DNA from: a virus | Lineage: Duplodnaviria; Caudoviricetes | Direction: 5' to 3' (one strand) | IMG/VR virus record: IMGVR_UViG_3300028588_000806 | Coordinates: 1 to 37,976 of that record | DNA: 37,976 nucleotides | Part shown: positions 24,802-34,189 of the stretch, piece by piece | Layout of the letters: every line of letters starts with the position of its first letter | How positions within the stretch are numbered: the stretch's first letter is position 1 | Notes under the pieces: generated by a model | Databases searched by the model: none | Told to the model about the DNA's origin: nothing | What the model saw: only the letters and a program-made list of their open reading frames with translations | Position numbers and translations under genes: made by a program

Positions 24802-25686
24802 ATGAAGAAAGCAATCCTCGGCCTGATTGCCGGCGTGCTCCTGGCCGCCTGCAGCATGGCGCCGGCCCTGGCCGGTCCACACAGCATCGTGTTCACCCAG
24901 AAGAACGCGGCCGACACCGGCAACGTCCTGCGCACCCCGCAGCAGCCGGCGGCCAACGCCATCGTGTTCTTCAACACCTCCACGAACCTGCCCGACTACT
25001 TGACCATCGGCCCTGGTCTGATCGCCAGCTCCGGCGTGCTGTCCGCGGCAGCCCAGGCCAATGCAGACTGGAACGCCGCCGACGGCGCGGCGCGCATCCT
25101 GAATCGGCCGCATCTGTCGACCGTGGCGATCACAGGCCAGGCAGGCGATCTGTCCGGGCTGGCCCCGGTCGCGGTCACCGGCGCTTGGGCCGACATCAGC
25201 GGCAAGCCGACGCTGTTCAGCGGCGCATGGGCTGATCTGGTCGGCAAACCCGCTCTTGCCCCGGTGGCCACCACCGGCAGCTACAACGACCTGTCCGACA
25301 AACCGGCCGCGCTGACGCCGTACACGTTCGACTTCGGCCTGCCGGTAGCGCGCACTGTCGCTGTATCGACTGCCTACCAAGCGATCAACGCGGCGCGGGC
25401 GGCCGAGGTATCCGTCAGTGCGCAGTGCACGGCCTCGCTGAACCTGGCCGGCGGCAGTACCTGCACGCTGCAGGCGCGTGTCGGCGCCGCGCCGCTGACC
25501 TGTTCGAATGGCGCCGTCGTCGCGACCTGGTCGAACGGGAACACCGGCACCCTGACCGTCGGCCTGGGGTTGCAGCAAACCGTAGGCGCGCCCTACTCGC
25601 TCAAGCTGCCAATCGGCGCTTCTTTCATCCTGTGCCCCGTCGCAGGCACCTTCACCATTACCGCAGCCGAGCAGACCGCCGGCTGA
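24802..25686 (+). CDS. Fibre-repeat protein with N-terminal signal-peptide-like sequence
   Basis: MKKAILGLIAGVLLAAC; repeats ADWNA..G.A.ILNRP and TG(A/S)(W/Y).DL..KP; beta-rich C-terminal domain. Confidence 0.7.
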   Translation: MKKAILGLIAGVLLAACSMAPALAGPHSIVFTQKNAADTGNVLRTPQQPAANAIVFFNTSTNLPDYLTIGPGLIASSGVLSAAAQANADWNAADGAARILNRPHLSTVAITGQAGDLSGLAPVAVTGAWADISGKPTLFSGAWADLVGKPALAPVATTGSYNDLSDKPAALTPYTFDFGLPVARTVAVSTAYQAINAARAAEVSVSAQCTASLNLAGGSTCTLQARVGAAPLTCSNGAVVATWSNGNTGTLTVGLGLQQTVGAPYSLKLPIGASFILCPVAGTFTITAAEQTAG

Positions 25687-25699
25687 AAGTGAGCATCGA

Positions 25700-25984
25700 A
25701 TGTCCCTCGCTACCCGCATCTTTACCCAGGACGACCGTCTCGTCATCGGCCGCACGCAGGACTGCACGGCGATCCTGGAAGATGCGAAGCGGCGCCACAA
25801 CGACGGCCTGCATGGCAGCGCCGACGTGAAGCACGCCGCTCGCATCCCGAACGTGATCGTCGAGAAGTACTGCAACGAGCAAGGTGTCAGCTTCGCTGAC
25901 TTCATGGCCGACCCGGTGCACATCAAGCGCCTGGTGCAGCATCCGGACAATGGCATGTTCCGCATCTGGAAGGGTGATTTCTGA
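25700..25984 (+). CDS. Hypothetical phage protein
   Basis: 94 aa (QDCTAILE..K, ARIP.VIVEKY, FRIWKG); coupled to the next gene. Confidence 0.75.
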   Translation: MSLATRIFTQDDRLVIGRTQDCTAILEDAKRRHNDGLHGSADVKHAARIPNVIVEKYCNEQGVSFADFMADPVHIKRLVQHPDNGMFRIWKGDF

Positions 25985-26595
25985 TGGCCGGCCGCGACTA
26001 CACCTGGCTGCTGGCCGCAGTGAAAAGCTGGAGTCACCGAAGCGACCTGACGCCGCGCCTTCCCGATTTCGTGATGCTTGCCGAGGAGCGCATGAGCGCG
26101 GACCTCGATGCCCGCGGCATCGACTCGACCAGCACGCTGGCAACGGTGGCGGGTGCAGCTTCGGTTGCGCTCGAGCCGGACGTGATTTCGGTGCGCTCGA
26201 TCGGGGTGCCGAACTTCGCCCCGCTGAACTACCTGAGCGCCGACGCGTTTGCCGCGCGCCACAGCGCCGGCGGCGCCGGCGTACCGCGCGACTACACGGT
26301 CATCGGCGATCTGCTCTGTCTGGGCCCGACGCCCGACGGCGTCTACCAGCTGCGCGTCGCGGCCCGCAGGACCCTGCCGCCGCTCGATGCAGAGCCCGAC
26401 GGCATCAACTGGCTGATCGCGCGGAACCCGTCGCTGTACCTGGCCGCGACGATGTGCGAGGTCATGACCTATCTGCGCGATGACGCTGGCCAGGCGCTGT
26501 GGGAGGCGAAATACCAGATCGCTCTCAGCACGGCCAACTCGACCAAGGAAACGCCCGGCGACCTCGTCGTGCGATCCGATTTCAACACTCGCTAG
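25984..26595 (+). CDS. Head-tail adaptor / tail tubular protein A-like
   Basis: Y..L...V..W..RSDLT..LPDFVMLAE, GPTPD..Y and NWL....P.LYL motifs; position in the module. Confidence 0.7.
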   Translation: MAGRDYTWLLAAVKSWSHRSDLTPRLPDFVMLAEERMSADLDARGIDSTSTLATVAGAASVALEPDVISVRSIGVPNFAPLNYLSADAFAARHSAGGAGVPRDYTVIGDLLCLGPTPDGVYQLRVAARRTLPPLDAEPDGINWLIARNPSLYLAATMCEVMTYLRDDAGQALWEAKYQIALSTANSTKETPGDLVVRSDFNTR

Positions 26596-26603
26596 GAATT
26601 CTC

Positions 26604-28766
26604 ATGTCCTTGGAAGCAACCGTCACCTACATCGGTGACCTGAACCCGGCATGGCCGACCCCGGACGACCCGAAGGCCGCCGGCGACGACCATATCCGGA
26701 ACGTGAAGAAGGCGCTGCGCGACTGCTTCCCCGGATTCACTGGCGCCGTGCTGCTGGGTGGCGCCGACACCGGCGCGGCCAACGCCTACGTGCTGACCCC
26801 AGCAACGCCGCTGCCTGGCTATGTAGCGAACATGATGGTGGTGTTCAAGCCGCTGGCCACGAACACGACCCAGACGCCGACGCTCAACGTGTCGGCACTG
26901 GGCGCGAAAAGCATCCTGGACGTCGCCGGCAACCCGGTCCTGACCGGCGACCTGCCGGCCGGCCAGTATGTCGCCCTGGTGTACGACGGCACGGCCTTCC
27001 GCCTGGCCGGCGTGACAAAGAACTACGTCGATCAGCTGGTGTTCAAACCCGTGCTGCCGGCTATGACGGGCAATAAGGGCAAGTTTCTGCGCACCACCGG
27101 CGTGGCCGCATACTGGGACGCCCCGGGCATCTCGGAGGTAGCGCCTGTCGCGACCACCGACGTGAAGCTCACCGACTCGTATCTGTACATCCCGGTCGAG
27201 ATGACCGCCGTCGGCAAGTCGATCACGCTGCCAGACGCAACCACCCTGACGACGGGCGGCCCGCTGTACGTGATCGACAACAGCAAGGGCGGCTTCGCCG
27301 TCGGCATCCGCGATAGCGCCGGCGCGCTGGTGATGGCTGTAGTCGCTGGTGGCGTGGCGATGGTCCTGCTGCGCAACAACAGCACCGCGGCTGGTGACTG
27401 GCTGGTGACCGGCTCGGGCCTCGAGCCCGGGCTGGTGACTGCCGATTTCACGTTTTCGACCACCTACGGTACTGCTGTGTACCCGGCGCACGTCGTGATG
27501 GACGCGAACACCAGTGTGCACTTCATCGTTCTCGCGGCCGGCGGATACGCTGCTTTCGTGGTCGACAACCTCGGCAAAGTCATCAGCACGCCGGTGGTCA
27601 TCGACGCGACGTCAGGCCAGGTTCCGCTGATGGCCTTCAAGATCGATGCGACTCGCATCATCGTTTTTACCGGCAACCGGGCAATCGTGCTGCTTCTGAA
27701 TGGAGCCAGCCCGACTTACACGATCTCGACTGGTAATTTCGCTACTGTGACCCATGGCGAGAACCTGACAGGCATGCCGAGGATCGTGCAGCTCGCACCG
27801 ACGACATACCTTCTCGGCGGCTCAAGCGGCCTGACGACCACTGCACTATCGATCAACGGTACTGTGATTACGACCGGTGCGACCTCAACTGCCCCGGGCG
27901 ACTCGTTCGGCGAGTACTCGATGTATGCGCTTACGGCTACGACCGCGCTGGTGCTGTACTCGCCGAACACGAGCTCCAGGCCGACAGCCTACGTTGTATC
28001 TGTCAACGGAACTGTCATTACGCGCGGGGCGGTGGTGGCAAGTCCAGCACTCGGCCCCATCAAATCGACCTGTCTGCTGTCACCGACAAAAGCCATTGCA
28101 ACCGCATTGAGCAGCGCAACCGGCACCGCGACCGTGGCAACCATTTCCGGAACCGAAGTAGTTTTCGGGCCCGCCTATACGGTCAGCACGAATACGCCAA
28201 ACCTTGGCACCAATGATGACGGGGCGAACCGCTACAACCCGCACCTGACTCCAATCTCGGCAAACAGTGCGCTGCTGTGGTACCGCAACGCATCCAGCTC
28301 CATCGCACTGGTACTGTCCGAGAGCAATGGGGTCCTGACAGGCGCCCCGTTTCTCGCCGGGTCATTCAATAGCGGCTTCGTTGCGGCTGCATCGCCGACC
28401 GACTTCGCGGCGATCGTCAAGAGCGCATCGAACAACTTCACCTTGGTACCGCACCGGATTACTGGCGATGTGATTACGTCTGGTCTGACGCAGGCGCTGC
28501 CGGAGATCCCGCCCGAAGTCGTGGCTGGTGCTACGCCGGCAGTGCGAATGGGCCAAGGCGACTACATGGTGTTCGCGGCCGGCATTTCGGCCGTCCCGGT
28601 CTTCCGGCTGAACGGCAATTCGGCAATCAAACGCGGCTCGGTGGCGACACCCAACATGGCTGGCCCTTCCGCCTACCCGCTGATGGTGATCTCGCCTCGG
28701 CGCCTGGTGGTGATGGCGGCATCGGGGACGCAGCTGCGCCTTCTCAATTTCGAGGTAGCTATATGA
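26604..28766 (+). CDS. Tail fibre / receptor-binding protein
   Basis: N-terminal anchor (MSLEATVTYIGDLNPAWP..D....GDDHIR..K..L...FP), NT..PTLNV..LGAK module, Thr/Gly/Ala-rich repeated C-terminal domain. Confidence 0.8.
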   Translation: MSLEATVTYIGDLNPAWPTPDDPKAAGDDHIRNVKKALRDCFPGFTGAVLLGGADTGAANAYVLTPATPLPGYVANMMVVFKPLATNTTQTPTLNVSALGAKSILDVAGNPVLTGDLPAGQYVALVYDGTAFRLAGVTKNYVDQLVFKPVLPAMTGNKGKFLRTTGVAAYWDAPGISEVAPVATTDVKLTDSYLYIPVEMTAVGKSITLPDATTLTTGGPLYVIDNSKGGFAVGIRDSAGALVMAVVAGGVAMVLLRNNSTAAGDWLVTGSGLEPGLVTADFTFSTTYGTAVYPAHVVMDANTSVHFIVLAAGGYAAFVVDNLGKVISTPVVIDATSGQVPLMAFKIDATRIIVFTGNRAIVLLLNGASPTYTISTGNFATVTHGENLTGMPRIVQLAPTTYLLGGSSGLTTTALSINGTVITTGATSTAPGDSFGEYSMYALTATTALVLYSPNTSSRPTAYVVSVNGTVITRGAVVASPALGPIKSTCLLSPTKAIATALSSATGTATVATISGTEVVFGPAYTVSTNTPNLGTNDDGANRYNPHLTPISANSALLWYRNASSSIALVLSESNGVLTGAPFLAGSFNSGFVAAASPTDFAAIVKSASNNFTLVPHRITGDVITSGLTQALPEIPPEVVAGATPAVRMGQGDYMVFAAGISAVPVFRLNGNSAIKRGSVATPNMAGPSAYPLMVISPRRLVVMAASGTQLRLLNFEVAI

Positions 28767-29227
28767 CGCAACTCCTTACCCAGGGCGCGGCCATCCTGGC
28801 CGTCGGCCCTTTCACGATGACGGGCGACGAAATCCGCGCGGCCGACGTGATCTTCCCGGCCGGCGTCATCGATGGCTGGCAACTGGTGAATGCCGATCTG
28901 CCGGCCGACTTCTCGCCTGCGCTGTACGAATGGCGCGGTAGCGAACTGGTGGCGAAGGCGACGCCGCCGGCGCCCGCCGCGGTTCCGGCGCGTGTGCCGA
29001 TGCTCAATGCGCACCTGGTGCTGATCGAGGCTGGCTGGTGGGACCCGCTGCAGGCCTTCATCGACACCATGACGGCGACCGACCAACTGCTGGCGCACAC
29101 GTATCTGGCCCAGGCGCTGACGATGGCGCGCGACCACGACCTGGTGCGCGCCATCCCGGCCGCCCTGGGCAAAACCGAGGCCGAGGTCGACCAGCTCTTC
29201 ATCAAGGCGGGGGCGCTCGATGTCTAA
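28763..29227 (+). CDS. Probable tail fibre assembly/chaperone protein
   Basis: Directly follows the fibre gene; C-terminal R.H.LV......LGKT.AEVDQLFI.A pattern. Confidence 0.6.
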   Translation: MTQLLTQGAAILAVGPFTMTGDEIRAADVIFPAGVIDGWQLVNADLPADFSPALYEWRGSELVAKATPPAPAAVPARVPMLNAHLVLIEAGWWDPLQAFIDTMTATDQLLAHTYLAQALTMARDHDLVRAIPAALGKTEAEVDQLFIKAGALDV

Positions 29228-30785
29228 GGTCTCGGTACCGAACGCCGGCGCCGCGGGCGTCATCATGGACTTGTCGGCGCATGAGCTGCCGCCGGCGGCG
29301 TGGACCAGCGCGCGCAACATGCGCTTCCTGGATGGCTACTGCCGGCAGTTCTTCGGCCACGGCCCGACCTACGGGAAACCGGAGGTCAAGCCGCTGCACC
29401 TGGTGCAGGTCAATGTCGGCCAAGACTGGTACTGGCTGTATGCCGGCGAGAAGAAGATCTACGCCACCACGATCAAGGCCGGCACTGCGGCGCACACGAA
29501 CCTGACGCGCCAGACTGCTGGCGCCGACGTCGACTACAGCGGCGCGCCGAACGCATGGACCAGCGCAGTGCTGTCCGGGATCCCGATCCTGAACAACGGC
29601 GTCGACGTGCCGCAGCGCTGGAACCTGGATCCAGCGGCGCGGTTCCAGCAGCTCGATAACTGGCCCGACACCCTGCGCTGCAAGTCGCTGCGCGTCTATC
29701 GCAACTACCTGGTTGCACTTGGCGTCAGCAAGGCAGGAAAGGAATTCCCGTACATGGTGAAGTGGTCGAGCGCCGCCGACCCGGGCGGCGTGCCGATCAC
29801 CTGGAACGAAGCCGATCCGACGCAGGAAGCCGGCGAGACCGACTTGGCCGAGGGCGGCGACTACGTCATCGATGGCCTGCAGCTGCGCGACGGCTTCATG
29901 ATCTACAAACAGCAGTCGGTTTGGCGGATGGATTTCGTCGGCGGCGCCTACGTGTTCAGCTTCCGCAAGGTTCTGGGCGTGTCGGGCGCGATGAACCGCA
30001 ACTGCATCGTCGAGGTCGATGGCTATCACTTCGTGCTGACCGGCTCGGATGTGGTGGTTCACGACGGCACCACGGCGACCCAGGTGCTGGACAAGGTGGC
30101 GCGGCGCGCCCTCTTCCAGGACATGGACATCGCGTACAACTCGCGCGCATTCGTGTTCAAAAATCCGTTCCTGAACGAGGTTTACGTCTGCTACGTGTCG
30201 GTCGGCTCGACGGTTCCAAACAAGGCTCTGGTCTGGAACTACAAGGACAGGACAGTCAGTTACCGCGACCTGCCGAACGTGCACCACGCAGGCTACGGGC
30301 CGGTCGACAACAGCCTGGGCGGCAGCTGGGGCAGCGACACCGACTCATGGGAATCGGACCTGACCGCATGGAACGGGCCGGATTTCACGCCGCAGCTCAC
30401 GCGTGTGCTGATGGCGTCGGACGACGGCTTTCTGTACATGCTGGACGCCTCGGCGTCGTTCGCCGGCAAGCAGCCCGAGGCCTACCTGGAGCGGCGCGGC
30501 CTGTCGTTCGGCGAGGCCGACTACACGAAGCGCATAACGAACATCCTGGCGCGCATCACTGGCAATGCCGGCCTGACCGTGAAGATCAAGGTCGGCGGCC
30601 ACATGACCGACCCATATGCGGATCCGGAATACCCGGTCGAAATCGAGCACGTCATCGGTGAAACGGTGCGGGCTGACTGCATCGTCGATTTCCGCTACCC
30701 CGCTATCCGGTTCGAGAGCGGCACCGCGCAGCAGTGGCGCCTGGACTCGTATGACATCGAAATTCAACGTGGGAGCAAATTTTGA
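29220..30785 (+). CDS. Tail nozzle / DNA-stabilisation protein (P22 gp10 / tubular B-like)
   Basis: 521 aa, beta-propeller-like composition (VKWS..ADP...W......AG; LVWNY); position in the podovirus tail module. Confidence 0.7.
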   Translation: MSKVSVPNAGAAGVIMDLSAHELPPAAWTSARNMRFLDGYCRQFFGHGPTYGKPEVKPLHLVQVNVGQDWYWLYAGEKKIYATTIKAGTAAHTNLTRQTAGADVDYSGAPNAWTSAVLSGIPILNNGVDVPQRWNLDPAARFQQLDNWPDTLRCKSLRVYRNYLVALGVSKAGKEFPYMVKWSSAADPGGVPITWNEADPTQEAGETDLAEGGDYVIDGLQLRDGFMIYKQQSVWRMDFVGGAYVFSFRKVLGVSGAMNRNCIVEVDGYHFVLTGSDVVVHDGTTATQVLDKVARRALFQDMDIAYNSRAFVFKNPFLNEVYVCYVSVGSTVPNKALVWNYKDRTVSYRDLPNVHHAGYGPVDNSLGGSWGSDTDSWESDLTAWNGPDFTPQLTRVLMASDDGFLYMLDASASFAGKQPEAYLERRGLSFGEADYTKRITNILARITGNAGLTVKIKVGGHMTDPYADPEYPVEIEHVIGETVRADCIVDFRYPAIRFESGTAQQWRLDSYDIEIQRGSKF

Positions 30786-31075
30786 GATCACCGAAAGGCG
30801 CGATCGTGCCGTACAAGCCGGAGCCGGTACCGGCCGACTTGCCACCCAGCGCGCAGCGCTACCTGGACAACGAGTTGAACCGGATTGCCGGCCTGCTGCA
30901 GTCACTGCTGGCGGTGCTGCCGTCGACCACAAGCTTTTCGCTCGAGCCGACGTACACAGCGCCGGCCGGGCCGACGATACCGCAGATGGTCTACGCCGAC
31001 GGCACGAAATGGGATCCGGGCAGCGGCCCGGGCTTCTATTACTGGAATGGGATGGTATGGACACCACTCGGATAG
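30782..31075 (+). CDS. Small tail-associated protein
   Basis: TTG start overlapping the previous stop, RBS GGGAG; YLDNELNRI...YADG..WDPGSG.G.YY. Confidence 0.65.
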   Translation: MRSPKGAIVPYKPEPVPADLPPSAQRYLDNELNRIAGLLQSLLAVLPSTTSFSLEPTYTAPAGPTIPQMVYADGTKWDPGSGPGFYYWNGMVWTPLG

Positions 31076-31563
31076 CAACCTACAAGCGCCCGGTCATCAC
31101 GCCGGGCGCTGTCACATTCAGCCTGCCGACAGCAGTACGGGTGCCTACGTGCCTCGATCACGCCCGGGTGTTCGCGCTCGAGGCCGCGATCGCGCGCGAG
31201 CTGGCACCGGTCGAGATGCCAGTGCAGCACCATTTTTCGCACGGCGTGTATGGGCGCGAGCTGTCCATCCCGGCCGGCACGGTCCTGACCGGGAAGATTC
31301 ACAAGTTCGACAGCCTGAACGTGCTGCTGGAAGGCGAACTGCTGGTGCTGACCGACCAAGGCGTCAAGCACGTGAAGGCCGGCCACCTGGAAGTGTCGCC
31401 GCCAGGCACAAAGCGCGCGGCCTACGCGCTCACCGACACGCGCTGGCTGACGGTGCACGGCACCCATGAAACCGACGTCGACCAGATTGAAGCCAAGTTC
31501 ATCGCACAGACCGAGCAGGAATTCCTGACGTTCTGTGACAACCAACTGAAATTGAAAGGATAG
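31057..31563 (+). CDS. Cupin-fold protein
   Basis: HHFSHGVYGRELSIPAGTVLTGKIHK...SPPGTKR..YA.TDT.W.TVH. Confidence 0.75.
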   Translation: MDTTRIATYKRPVITPGAVTFSLPTAVRVPTCLDHARVFALEAAIARELAPVEMPVQHHFSHGVYGRELSIPAGTVLTGKIHKFDSLNVLLEGELLVLTDQGVKHVKAGHLEVSPPGTKRAAYALTDTRWLTVHGTHETDVDQIEAKFIAQTEQEFLTFCDNQLKLKG

Positions 31564-31565
31564 CC

Positions 31566-32780
31566 ATGTCTTGGGGCGCAGTAGCAGGAGCCGCGATCGG
31601 CGCGGTAGGCTCGTATGCATCGAGCAAGAACAACAAGAAGGCGGCGGAAGCCGGATCGAACCAGAGCGGAACGCAGACTGGCACGCAGGACATCACGTCG
31701 ACGTCGACGCTGGATCCGCGCATCGCGCAGCTTCTCGGAATGAATGGCGGCGGCGTCCTGGGCAGCTTGGGCGGCTTCCTGAATAACGGCGGAAACAGCC
31801 TGGCGCCGCAGGCCAACAGCTTCCTCAACTCCAATGCCGGCCAGATCCTGAACAACGGCAAGGCGGGCACCGACCTGCTCATGAGCAGCCAGTACAACGC
31901 GCCGGCCATCCAGGGCGCGCAGGTCCGCGCGCCTGGGCAGAACAACATCGACCTGACCAGCTCTTTCCAGAGCCTGCTGGGCGGCGGCGACACGTCCGCG
32001 CTGATGAACTCGCTGCAGGCTGGTAACGCCCTCGCTGGCGCGCAGTTCCAGCAGAACCAGCAGTCGATGACGGACAACCTGCAGCGCAACGTCCTGCCAG
32101 GTATTCGCGGCGGCGCGATCGCGGCCGGCCAGTACGGCGGCTCGCGCCATGGGATCGCCGAAGGCCTGGCGCTCAGCGACATGACGAAGCAGCTGAATAA
32201 CTCGAACACGCAGTTCGGGCTCGGCGCCACGGCCGCCTCGTCGTCGGCGCTGGCCGGTGCGTACGAAAACGGCCAAAACCGGGCATTGTCGGCAGCACAG
32301 GGCCTGTCCGGACAGCAGTATGGCGTCGCCTCCCAGGATGCGGCGGCGCGCCAGGCGGCCGACAACACCAACATCCAGGCGCTGCTGGCGACGCGCGGCC
32401 AGAACAGCTCGAACCTGGCCAGCGGCATCGGCCTGCAGCAGGGTCTGCTGGGCAGCGCGGCGAATCTCGGCAATGCTGACCTGTCGCGACTGGGCCAGAC
32501 GGCGGGCATCCTGGCGCCGTTCCTGGGCGCTGGCGCGACCACCACCAGCAACCAGAAAACGGACAACAAGACCACTGGCAATGTCGCTCAGCCGCTCTAT
32601 GGCAGCAACGCCGGCGCGGCGCTTGGCGGCGGCCTGATGGGCGCGCAGCTGGGCGGCATGTTCACCGGTGGCGGCAACAGCAGCCAGTTCGGCGGCGAGA
32701 AGATGGGCGGCTTCGGCGACCTGTTCGGATTCGGCAAAAACAGCGGTGGCGGCTTGTTCGGCTCCGGCTCTTTCTTTTAA
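31566..32780 (+). CDS. DNA ejection (internal virion) protein 1
   Basis: MSWGAVAGAAIGAVG N-terminus; Gly/Ala/Gln/Asn-rich; GQYGGSR motif; P22 gp7-like position. Confidence 0.7.
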   Translation: MSWGAVAGAAIGAVGSYASSKNNKKAAEAGSNQSGTQTGTQDITSTSTLDPRIAQLLGMNGGGVLGSLGGFLNNGGNSLAPQANSFLNSNAGQILNNGKAGTDLLMSSQYNAPAIQGAQVRAPGQNNIDLTSSFQSLLGGGDTSALMNSLQAGNALAGAQFQQNQQSMTDNLQRNVLPGIRGGAIAAGQYGGSRHGIAEGLALSDMTKQLNNSNTQFGLGATAASSSALAGAYENGQNRALSAAQGLSGQQYGVASQDAAARQAADNTNIQALLATRGQNSSNLASGIGLQQGLLGSAANLGNADLSRLGQTAGILAPFLGAGATTTSNQKTDNKTTGNVAQPLYGSNAGAALGGGLMGAQLGGMFTGGGNSSQFGGEKMGGFGDLFGFGKNSGGGLFGSGSFF

Positions 32781-32788
32781 GGAAAATC

Positions 32789-34189
32789 ATGGCAGGTTTA
32801 CTCGATATGTTCGGCGGCGACCCACAGTCGCAAGGGCTGCTCGCCGCTGCAGCGCAGATTCTCCAAGCCTCGGGGCCGTCGACCCGGCCTACCAGCTTCG
32901 GCCAAATCCTGGGCGGCGGCGTACTCGCCGGCCAGCAGGCCACGCAGCAGGCGCGCCAGCAGGCGCAGCTCGAGCAGATGCGCGGGCTGCAGCTCCAAGA
33001 GGCCCAGGCCAGCCTGGCCGCGCAGCAGCGCGCGCTGGCGAAGCAAGGTCGCCTGGATGCTGCCGCACAGGGCGCTTACCGCAGCGCCGGCGCCCAGGCC
33101 GCCTCCCTGCCGGGCGGCCCGACCGCAGCGAACGCCGAGCGCATCGGCGACTTCCAGGACGGGTTTGACACCGATGCCTACATCGATCAGGTGATGGCGA
33201 TCGACCCGGCCATGGGATTCCAGCTGCGCCAGTCGATGAAGAAGGTTGGGCCGAAGTACGACAGCGGCATCACGTTCGTCAACGGTCCGGACGGCCGGCC
33301 TGTTGCCGTGCGTACCGCGGACGACGGCAGCATCAAGCAAATCGACGGCCTGGCGCCGCGCGAGAAGCTGCAGCTCGAAAACTTAGGCGGTCGCAGCGTT
33401 GCCGTGAACCCGTACGAGCTGCAGCCGGGCCAAGACTTCCAGCGCACCGCAACGCCCGATGCCCTGATCTCCGCAGCAACCCAGCGGCGCGGCCAGGACA
33501 TCACCATGCGCGGCCAGGATATGGTCGACCGCCGTGCTGTCTCGTCGAACCCGGCGAACAAGCCGCTGCCGGCAGCCGCGCTCAAGATGCAGCAATCCGA
33601 ACTGGACGCGCTGTCCACCGCCAGTAGCATCGATGGCCAGCTCGGCCGCATCCAGGGCCAATTGGACGCCGGAACGCTGTCGTTCGGCCCGGTGTCGAAC
33701 CTGGTCAACCAGGCGCGCAACGCCGCCGGCATGTCGAGCGAGGCAAGCCGTAATCAGGCCAGCTTCCGGTCGACGCTGGAGAAACTGCGGAACGACTCGC
33801 TGCGTCTGAACGCCGGCGTACAGACGGACGGCGACGCTCAGCGCGCGTGGAACGAACTGTTCACCAATCTGAACGACACGGACCTTGTGAAGCAGCGCCT
33901 GGGCGAGATTCGAGGCATCAACCAGCGCGCGGCGCAGATCCGCCGCCTGAACGTCGACGGGATCCGGGCCAACTATGGCCATGAGGCGCTTGATACATCG
34001 CAGTACGAGCAGCCGACCGGCACGGCGCCGCAGGCAGCACCGGCGCCGCGCGCTGCAGCATCGGCCGCCGCCGGCAACAAGACGGTGTCGCTGGCCGACA
34101 TCACCGAAACCGCACGCAAGAGCGGCCGCAGCACGGCAGAAGTTACCGCCGCACTGCGCGCCAAGGGCTACACGATTGGAGGTAAATGA
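32789..34189 (+). CDS. DNA ejection protein 2
   Basis: MAGLLD N-terminus, Gln-rich coil, RGQD repeats; position. Confidence 0.7.
   Translation: MAGLLDMFGGDPQSQGLLAAAAQILQASGPSTRPTSFGQILGGGVLAGQQATQQARQQAQLEQMRGLQLQEAQASLAAQQRALAKQGRLDAAAQGAYRSAGAQAASLPGGPTAANAERIGDFQDGFDTDAYIDQVMAIDPAMGFQLRQSMKKVGPKYDSGITFVNGPDGRPVAVRTADDGSIKQIDGLAPREKLQLENLGGRSVAVNPYELQPGQDFQRTATPDALISAATQRRGQDITMRGQDMVDRRAVSSNPANKPLPAAALKMQQSELDALSTASSIDGQLGRIQGQLDAGTLSFGPVSNLVNQARNAAGMSSEASRNQASFRSTLEKLRNDSLRLNAGVQTDGDAQRAWNELFTNLNDTDLVKQRLGEIRGINQRAAQIRRLNVDGIRANYGHEALDTSQYEQPTGTAPQAAPAPRAAASAAAGNKTVSLADITETARKSGRSTAEVTAALRAKGYTIGGK

Noticed and set aside
23452-26262. 936-aa minus-strand ORF (similarly 5924-7393, 17907-19526, 19574-21184, 34168-36225)
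   Set aside because: Shadow ORFs caused by strong GC3 bias in well-supported genes on the opposite strand.
26604-29227. Diversity-generating retroelement or invertible tail-fibre cassette
   Set aside because: No reverse transcriptase or invertase in the window, and no template/variable repeat pair; the repeats are diverged and at the protein level.
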